Position numbers and translations under genes: made by a program. 64,000 nt of DNA, from NCBI GenBank assembly GCA_963843845.1, contig CAWJMB010000002.1:1696001-1760000 (forward strand), in the 5' to 3' direction. This document shows, one piece after another, positions 57,857 through 64,000 of this stretch (the stretch's first letter is position 1; every line of letters starts with the position of its first letter). The stretch comes from an uncultured Gemmatimonadaceae bacterium (GTDB lineage: Bacteria > Gemmatimonadota > Gemmatimonadetes > Gemmatimonadales > Gemmatimonadaceae). The notes beneath the pieces were generated by a model. The model had not been told where the DNA came from, ran no database searches, and saw only the letters and a list, made by a program, of their open reading frames with translations.

Positions 57857-59068
57857 ATGCCTGAGACCGCTCGCACTCCCGTCATCGTCGCCGCGGCGCG
57901 TACGCCGATCGGCAAGTTCCTCGGCGCCTTCGGCGCCCTGCAGGCCCCCGACCTCGGCGCCGCCGCGATCCGCGCCGCGATCGAGCGCGCCGGAATCGAC
58001 GCGGGCGCGGTGCAGGAGGTCATCATGGGGAACGTCGTCCAGGGCGGTGTGGGGCAGGCGCCGGCGCGGCAGGCCATGCTCAAGGCCGGCGTACCGGCCA
58101 CCGTCTCCGCCCTGACGATCAACAAGGTCTGCGGCTCGGGGCTCAAGGCCGTCATGCTCGCGGCGCAGTCGATCAAGGCCGGCGACGCGCAGGTCGTCGT
58201 CGCCGGGGGGCAGGAATCGATGTCGAACGCCCCCTACTACGCCTACGGCATGCGCGACGGGGTGAAGCTCGGCGACCAGAAGCTCGTCGACGGAATGATC
58301 AAGGATGGCCTCTGGTGCGGCGTCTGCGACGTCCACATGGGATCGCACGCCGAGTACACCGCCAAGAAGGCGGGAGTGACCCGCGAGCAGCAGGACCAGT
58401 TCGCCGTCGGATCGCATCAGAAGGCCGTGGCGGCGCAGCAGGCCGGGAAGTTCAAGGGCGAGATCGTGTCGGTGTCGGTCCCGGGGCGCAAAGGGCCGAC
58501 GGTCGTCGACACCGACGAGGGCCCGCGTGCGGACGCCTCGCTCGATTCGATGGCGAAGCTCCGCCCGGCGTTCGCGACGAAGAACGCGCCCGCCGACGAG
58601 CAGACCGTGACCGCCGGCAACGCCTCGTCGTTGAACGACGGCGCGTCGGCGCTCGTCGTGACCTCCGAGGAGTATGCGCGCGCGCACGGGCTCACGATCA
58701 TGGCGCGCATCACGAGCTACGCGACCGGTGCGACGAACCCGCAGGACCTGTTCTTCGCGCCGATCACGGCGGTGAACAACCTGATGGCGAAGTCGGGCAC
58801 CACGATCGGCGACTACGACCTCATCGAAGCGAACGAGGCGTTCGCGTCGCAGGCGCTCGCCACGGGGCAGGGGCTCGACTGGGCGTGGGACCGCGTCAAC
58901 GTCCACGGCGGCGCGATCGCGTTGGGCCACCCGATCGGGGCGAGCGGCGCGCGCGTGCTGACGACGCTGCTCTACGCGCTCGCCGACCGCGGCCAGTCGA
59001 CCGGGCTCGCGACGCTCTGTCTGGGCGGCGGCGACGCGGTGGCGCTCGGCGTGGAACGGGTCGCCTGA
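57857..59068 (+). CDS. Acetyl-CoA C-acetyltransferase (thiolase)
   Basis: [27 protein letters not shown]. Confidence 0.96.
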   Translation: MPETARTPVIVAAARTPIGKFLGAFGALQAPDLGAAAIRAAIERAGIDAGAVQEVIMGNVVQGGVGQAPARQAMLKAGVPATVSALTINKVCGSGLKAVMLAAQSIKAGDAQVVVAGGQESMSNAPYYAYGMRDGVKLGDQKLVDGMIKDGLWCGVCDVHMGSHAEYTAKKAGVTREQQDQFAVGSHQKAVAAQQAGKFKGEIVSVSVPGRKGPTVVDTDEGPRADASLDSMAKLRPAFATKNAPADEQTVTAGNASSLNDGASALVVTSEEYARAHGLTIMARITSYATGATNPQDLFFAPITAVNNLMAKSGTTIGDYDLIEANEAFASQALATGQGLDWAWDRVNVHGGAIALGHPIGASGARVLTTLLYALADRGQSTGLATLCLGGGDAVALGVERVA

Positions 59069-59097
59069 CGCTCGACGCGCGATCATCGCGCGGCACG

Positions 59098-60000
59098 TTG
59101 TTCGCCGCGGCGACTCCGGGGCTGCGCGCGCTCGGGCGGCTCGCGCTGTTCGTCGCCGCGGTCGTCGCCGCCGGCGTCGTCGCGGGGAGCGTCGTCTACC
59201 CACTCATCGCACGCCTGGCCCGGGCGGTCGGCGTGCGGCTCAACGGCGCGTACTGGTTCCCCTTCTCCGACTGGCTCTCGGTCGGCGCGGCGCTGCTCGC
59301 GACGGCCGCGCTGCTGTTCTGGGTCGATCGCGGGACGTGGGCGGACGTGGGGCTCGGGCGGGCGGCGCTCGCGCCACGGGGGCTCGCGGCGGGCACCCTC
59401 CTCGGCGCCGCGGCCATCGGTGTGCCGTCACTGCTCCTCGTCGCCGGGCAGGCGCTGCGCATCGTGCCCGCGGCCGACGGCAGCTGGATCGCGACGGCAC
59501 TCGTGCTCCTGGGCCGCCTCGCGCCGGCGGCGTTGCTCGAGGAGCTGCTCTTTCGAGGATATCCCTTCACGGCGCTGCACGCGGCCGCGGGCGCGCTCGG
59601 CGCGACGCTCGTGACGAGCGTGCTGTTCGGGCTCGTGCACATCACGAACCCGGGTGCCTCCGCGCTGTCGATCGCGATGGTCGTTCTCGCCGGGGTGTTC
59701 CTGAGCGGGGTGCGGCTCGCGACGGGCAGCGTGTATGCGGCGACCGCGGCGCACCTCGCCTGGAACTGGACGCTGGCGGGATTGCTCCACACGCCGGTGA
59801 GCGGGCTCGCGGTGCCCCTCGCCGACTACCGCACCATCGACGTCGGGGCGGACTGGCTCACCGGCGGCGCGTGGGGCCCCGAGGGCGGTGTGCCGGCCGG
59901 ACTCGGCATGCTCGCTGCGACGGCGCTGCTCGGTCGCGCCGCGCGGCGCCGAGGCCTCACGCTCTTCTCTTCATCACGCGGAACACCCGAGCATGTCTGA
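59098..60000 (+). CDS. CPBP family intramembrane metalloprotease (start approximate)
   Basis: EELLFRGY, FGLVH, HLAWN, GGAWGPEGG. Confidence 0.88.
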   Translation: MFAAATPGLRALGRLALFVAAVVAAGVVAGSVVYPLIARLARAVGVRLNGAYWFPFSDWLSVGAALLATAALLFWVDRGTWADVGLGRAALAPRGLAAGTLLGAAAIGVPSLLLVAGQALRIVPAADGSWIATALVLLGRLAPAALLEELLFRGYPFTALHAAAGALGATLVTSVLFGLVHITNPGASALSIAMVVLAGVFLSGVRLATGSVYAATAAHLAWNWTLAGLLHTPVSGLAVPLADYRTIDVGADWLTGGAWGPEGGVPAGLGMLAATALLGRAARRRGLTLFSSSRGTPEHV

Positions 60001-60883
60001 GACCACGAACGCGCCGTCGCACGACGACGACGCCTACAAGATCGACGAAGTCGCCGTGATCGGCGCCGGCCAGATGGGGAACGGCATCGCGCACGTGTTC
60101 GCCGCGGCCGGATACGACGTGGCGATGATCGACGTGAACGCGGCCGCGTTGCAGCGCGGCGTGTCGACGATCGAGAAGAATCTCGAGCGTCAGCTCAAGA
60201 AGGGGAGCATCGACGCCGCGGCGCGCGATGCGACGCTCGCGAAGCTCTCGACGCACGTCGACCTGGCGGCGATCGAAGGGGCGGGGATCGTGATCGAGGC
60301 GGCGACGGAGAACGTCGACCTCAAGTTCCGCATCTTCGAGGACCTCGACCGCCTGGGCGATCCGGGCGCGATCCTCGCCAGCAACACGAGTTCGATCGCG
60401 ATCACCGAGATCGCGGCCCGCACGAAGCGCCCCGAGCAGGTCATCGGGATGCACTTCATGAATCCCGTTCCGGTCATGCAGCTCGTCGAGGTCATCCGCG
60501 GCCTCGCGACGAGCGACGCGACGACGGCCGCGACGATGGCGCTCGCGCGCCGCGTCGGAAAGACGCCGGTCGAGGTGAACGATTTTCCGGGCTTCGTGGC
60601 GAACCGGATCCTCATGCCGATGATCAACGAGGCCGTGTACTGCGTCATGGAAGGCGTCGGCACGCCGGACGCGATCGACACGGTGATGAAGCTCGGCATG
60701 AATCATCCGATGGGGCCGCTCACCCTCGCCGACTTCATCGGGCTCGACACCTGCGTCGCGATCCTCGAAGTCATGCACCGCGGACTCGGCGATCCGAAGT
60801 ACCGTCCGTGCCCGCTGCTCCGGAAGTACGTCGCCGCCGGGTGGCTGGGGCGGAAGAGCGGCCGCGGCTTCTACCAGTACTGA
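59993..60883 (+). CDS. hbd: 3-hydroxybutyryl-CoA dehydrogenase
   Basis: GAGQMGNGIA, SNTSS, GMHFMNP, HPMGPL, GRKSGRGFY. Confidence 0.93.
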   Translation: MSETTNAPSHDDDAYKIDEVAVIGAGQMGNGIAHVFAAAGYDVAMIDVNAAALQRGVSTIEKNLERQLKKGSIDAAARDATLAKLSTHVDLAAIEGAGIVIEAATENVDLKFRIFEDLDRLGDPGAILASNTSSIAITEIAARTKRPEQVIGMHFMNPVPVMQLVEVIRGLATSDATTAATMALARRVGKTPVEVNDFPGFVANRILMPMINEAVYCVMEGVGTPDAIDTVMKLGMNHPMGPLTLADFIGLDTCVAILEVMHRGLGDPKYRPCPLLRKYVAAGWLGRKSGRGFYQY

Positions 60884-60886
60884 CCG

Positions 60887-62046
60887 ATGACTCCCTCGCT
60901 ACTCCCGCTCACCGAGACGCAGCGCGACATCCAGCAGCTGGCCCGCGACTTCGCCCGCGAGCACGTCGCGCCGTTCGCCGCGCAGTGGGACCGTGATTCG
61001 CTATTTCGAGCCGTCGATCATCCCGCAGCTCGGCGAGGCCGGATTCCTCGGCATGCTGCTGCCCGAAGCATACGACGGGCTCGGGTTGGACGCGGTGAGC
61101 TATCTGCTCGCGCTCGAGGAGATCGCGGCCGCCGACGCGTCGGTGGCGGTGCTCATGAGCGTGCACAACTCGCTGCCCACGCAGATGCTGCTGCGCTGGG
61201 GCAGCGACGCGCAGAAGGAACGATGGCTCAGGCCGATGGCGCGCGGCGAGCTGCTCGGCGCGTTCGCGCTCTCGGAGCCGGACGCGGGGAGCGACGCGGC
61301 GGCGCTCCGCTGTCAGGCGATGCGCGACGGCGACGACTGGATCCTCAGCGGCACGAAGGCGTGGGTGACGAACGGCAACGTACGCGGGGGCGATCCTCGC
61401 GATGGCGCGCACCGACTCGCCCGACGACCGCCGCGGCGGCCGGGGCATCTCGGCGTTCATCGTCTCGCCGGAGCTGCCCGGGTTCAACGTCGGCAAGAAA
61501 GAGCGGAAGATGGGACTCCGCGCGTCGCCGACGGTGCAGCTGTCGTTCGACGAGATGCGTGTGCCGGGCGACCGACTGTTGGGCGAGCCGGGGCAGGGGC
61601 TGTCGTACGCCCTGCAGTCGCTCGAGCACGGCCGCCTCGGCATCGCGGCACAGGCGATCGGGATCGCGCAGGCGGCGTTCGATGCGGCGCGCGTGTATGC
61701 CGACCAGCGCAAGCAGTTCGGGCGCCCGATCCGCGACTTCGAGGCGATCCAGTTCAAGCTCGCCGACATGGCGACGCGCATCGAGGCGAGCCGCGCGATC
61801 CTGCACCTGACGGCCGCGGCGAAAGACCGCGGCGAGCGCGTCACGCGGTACGCCGCGATGGCGAAGCTGATGGCCAGCGAGACCGCCATGTTCGTCGCCG
61901 ACGAGGCGGTCCAGATCTTCGGCGGCTACGGCTACGTGACCGAGTACCCGGTCGAGCGCTACCTCCGCGACGCGAAGGTGACCGAGATCTACGAGGGGAC
62001 GTCGGAGATCCAGCGCGTCGTCATCGCCCGCGAGCTGTACGCCTAA
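60887..62046 (+). CDS. Acyl-CoA dehydrogenase (frameshifted)
   Basis: FALSEPDAGSD, GTKAWVTN, RKQFG, GGYGY, IYEGTSEIQR. Confidence 0.92.
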
Positions 62047-62064
62047 CACACGCACGCTCCCATC

Positions 62065-63141
62065 ATGAAGCTCTTCGACACCATCGCCGGCATGGGCCAC
62101 GAGCAGGTCGTCGTCTGCCACGACACGGCGAGCGGCTACCGCGGCATCATCGCGATTCACGACACGACGCTCGGCCCCGCGCTGGGCGGGACGCGGTTCT
62201 GGAGCTACACGAGCGACGAGGAAGCGATCGTCGATGCGCTGCGGCTGAGCCGCGGCATGACGTACAAGAACGCCGTCGCGGGGCTCAACCTCGGCGGCGG
62301 CAAGAGCGTCATCATCGGCGACAACCGCACGACGCAGCGCGAGATGCTGTTCCGCGCGCATGGCCGCTTCGTCGACTCGTTGGGCGGGCGCTACGTCACC
62401 GCGGAGGACGTGGGCACGAGCACGGGGGACATGGACTTCGTGCACATGGAGACCGACTACGTCGCGGGGCTCGCCGGCGGGTCGGGCGACCCGTCGCCGG
62501 TCACGGCGCACGGCGTCTTCCGCGCGATCCAGGCCTCCGCGCGGCAGCGGTGGGGGAGCGACTCGCTCGAGGGGCGGGTCGTCGCGATCCAGGGGTGCGG
62601 GAATGTCGGACACCACCTCGCGAGCGAGCTGGTCGCCGCGGGCGCGAAGATCATCGTCACCGACATCGACGCCGACCGCGTGAAGCGCGTCGTGAGCGCG
62701 ACGGGCGCTCGTGCCGTCGCGACGGACGACATCTACGCGCAGCAGGCCGACGTCTTCGCGCCGTGCGCGCTGGGCGCCGTCATCAACGACCGCACGATCC
62801 CACAGCTCCGCGTCGAGATCGTCGCCGGGGCGGCGAACAACCAGCTCCTCGAGGACCGGCACGGCGAGCTGCTCGAGGAACGCGGGATTCTCTACGCCCC
62901 CGACTACGTGGCGAACGCCGGCGGCGTCATCAACGTGTACAGCGAGCTCGCCGGGTGGAGTCGCGAACGCTCGCTCCGCAAGGCCGACGAGATCTATCAT
63001 ACGGTGCTGAACGTCTTCGAGATCGCGAAGCAGGACGGCGTCCCGACCTACGTCGCCGCCGACCGCCTCGCCGAGCGTCGCATCGCGGCCGTGCGCTCGA
63101 TGGTGAAGATGCGGCCGCAGTGGCCCAACAAGGCGGACTGA
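62065..63141 (+). CDS. ldh: Leucine dehydrogenase (Glu/Leu/Phe/Val dehydrogenase)
   Basis: [39 protein letters not shown]. Confidence 0.93.
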   Translation: MKLFDTIAGMGHEQVVVCHDTASGYRGIIAIHDTTLGPALGGTRFWSYTSDEEAIVDALRLSRGMTYKNAVAGLNLGGGKSVIIGDNRTTQREMLFRAHGRFVDSLGGRYVTAEDVGTSTGDMDFVHMETDYVAGLAGGSGDPSPVTAHGVFRAIQASARQRWGSDSLEGRVVAIQGCGNVGHHLASELVAAGAKIIVTDIDADRVKRVVSATGARAVATDDIYAQQADVFAPCALGAVINDRTIPQLRVEIVAGAANNQLLEDRHGELLEERGILYAPDYVANAGGVINVYSELAGWSRERSLRKADEIYHTVLNVFEIAKQDGVPTYVAADRLAERRIAAVRSMVKMRPQWPNKAD

Positions 63142-63178
63142 CGCTTCGCTGCGCCGAGGGCGACGCATGGGAGGAGAG

Positions 63179-63706
63179 ATGAAGGAATCGATTCCGATCG
63201 CCAGCGACCACGCCGGCTTCGAGATGAAGGCGAAGGTGCGCGCGTTGCTGGAGCAGCGCGGCTTCGAGGTGCAGGACCTCGGTACGGACAGCGACGCGTC
63301 GACCGACTACGCGGACTACGCGCACCCGCTCGCGCAGGAGGTCTCGGAGGGGACGGCGAAGCGCGGGGTGTTGCTCTGCGGCACCGGGCTCGGGATGTCC
63401 TACGTGGCGAACCGCTATCCCCACGTGCGCGCCGCCGTCGCCTGGACCCCCGAGATCGCCGAGCTGGCGCGGCGCCACAACGACGCGAACGTCCTCGTGC
63501 TGCCCTCGCGCTTCGTGTCGGACGCCGACGCGGAGAAGATCCTCGACGCGTGGCTCGTCGCGCCGTTCGACGGCGGGCGGCATGAGCGTCGCATCGAGAA
63601 GATCGAGGTGACCGACGCGGCGCGCGCCGACGAGGCGAGCCGCCACACTTCACACCCCACGGCGGACGCCGGACCCGGCGGCCACGCGCACGAGGAACTC
63701 GAGTGA
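63179..63706 (+). CDS. rpiB: Ribose-5-phosphate isomerase B
   Basis: [30 protein letters not shown]. Confidence 0.95.
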   Translation: MKESIPIASDHAGFEMKAKVRALLEQRGFEVQDLGTDSDASTDYADYAHPLAQEVSEGTAKRGVLLCGTGLGMSYVANRYPHVRAAVAWTPEIAELARRHNDANVLVLPSRFVSDADAEKILDAWLVAPFDGGRHERRIEKIEVTDAARADEASRHTSHPTADAGPGGHAHEELE

Positions 63707-64000
63707 CGAACTGGAGCGAGTGGGACCGCTGCCCGCCGGGCGCGGCGCTGAGTGCGAGTGACCCCGAGATCGCCGCGCTGATCAGCGACGAGATCGCGCG
63801 GCAGAACGACGGGATCGAGCTGATCGCGAGCGAGAACTTCGTGTCGCCGGCCGTGCTCGAGGCCGTCGGGTCGCCGCTGACCAACAAGTACGCGGAGGGG
63901 CTCCCCGGGAAGCGCTACTACGGGGGATGCGAAGTCGTCGACCGGGTCGAGCAACTCGCGATCGACCGCGCGAAGCAGCTGTTCGGGGCCGACCATGCGA
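63703..64000 (+). CDS. glyA: Serine hydroxymethyltransferase (5' part)
   Basis: [10 protein letters not shown]...[19 protein letters not shown]. Confidence 0.95.
   Translation, partial: MTNWSEWDRCPPGAALSASDPEIAALISDEIARQNDGIELIASENFVSPAVLEAVGSPLTNKYAEGLPGKRYYGGCEVVDRVEQLAIDRAKQLFGADHA

Noticed and set aside
55223..59203. 1326-aa permease fusion in the ORF track
   Set aside because: The upstream part is the antisense shadow of the thiolase gene; the real start is the ATG at 57676.
4150..61400. Many split genes as pseudogenes or programmed frameshifts
   Set aside because: Indels hit essential genes (rplI, rpsF, rplY, pth, purH), cluster in blocks, and I saw no accompanying nonsense decay. 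This is typical of long-read consensus errors.

Overview
Very GC-rich core chromosomal segment. Gene content and order (rpsF-rpsR-DUF2232-rplI, DUF2723, duplicated orphan ABC permease, JAB-DinG) suggest a Gemmatimonadota bacterium; this is inference. Many essential genes (rplI, rpsF, rplY, pth, purH) carry 1-bp indels, so this is most likely an unpolished long-read assembly, and split ORFs are treated as intact genes. Housekeeping content: smc, rsfS, ribosomal protein genes, ychF, pth, prs, ispE, pdxJ, mce, trxA, rsmI, gltX, purH, purN, gmhB, valS, thrS, a thiolase/hbd/acyl-CoA dehydrogenase/leucine dehydrogenase operon, rpiB, partial glyA, and three tRNA genes (Gln-TTG, Ser-GCT, aberrant Ser-TGA-like). 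No CRISPR array, integrase, transposase or phage gene was seen. Most notable observations: (1) the octamer CGTTAGGC occurs 9 times inside genes and accounts for every TTA leucine codon I found; (2) an operon links an Omp85-type protein, a beta-propeller/SPOR lipoprotein and a pseudo-P-loop (BY-kinase/MinD-like)-TM-SPOR protein directly to smc; (3) a LexA-like repressor lacks the catalytic Lys and the Ala-Gly cleavage site; (4) an Hpt-like protein lacks the His; (5) heptamer-built palindromic elements occur, some apparently translated; (6) a GT4/NodS-like/NodB-like cassette lies next to tRNA-Ser.
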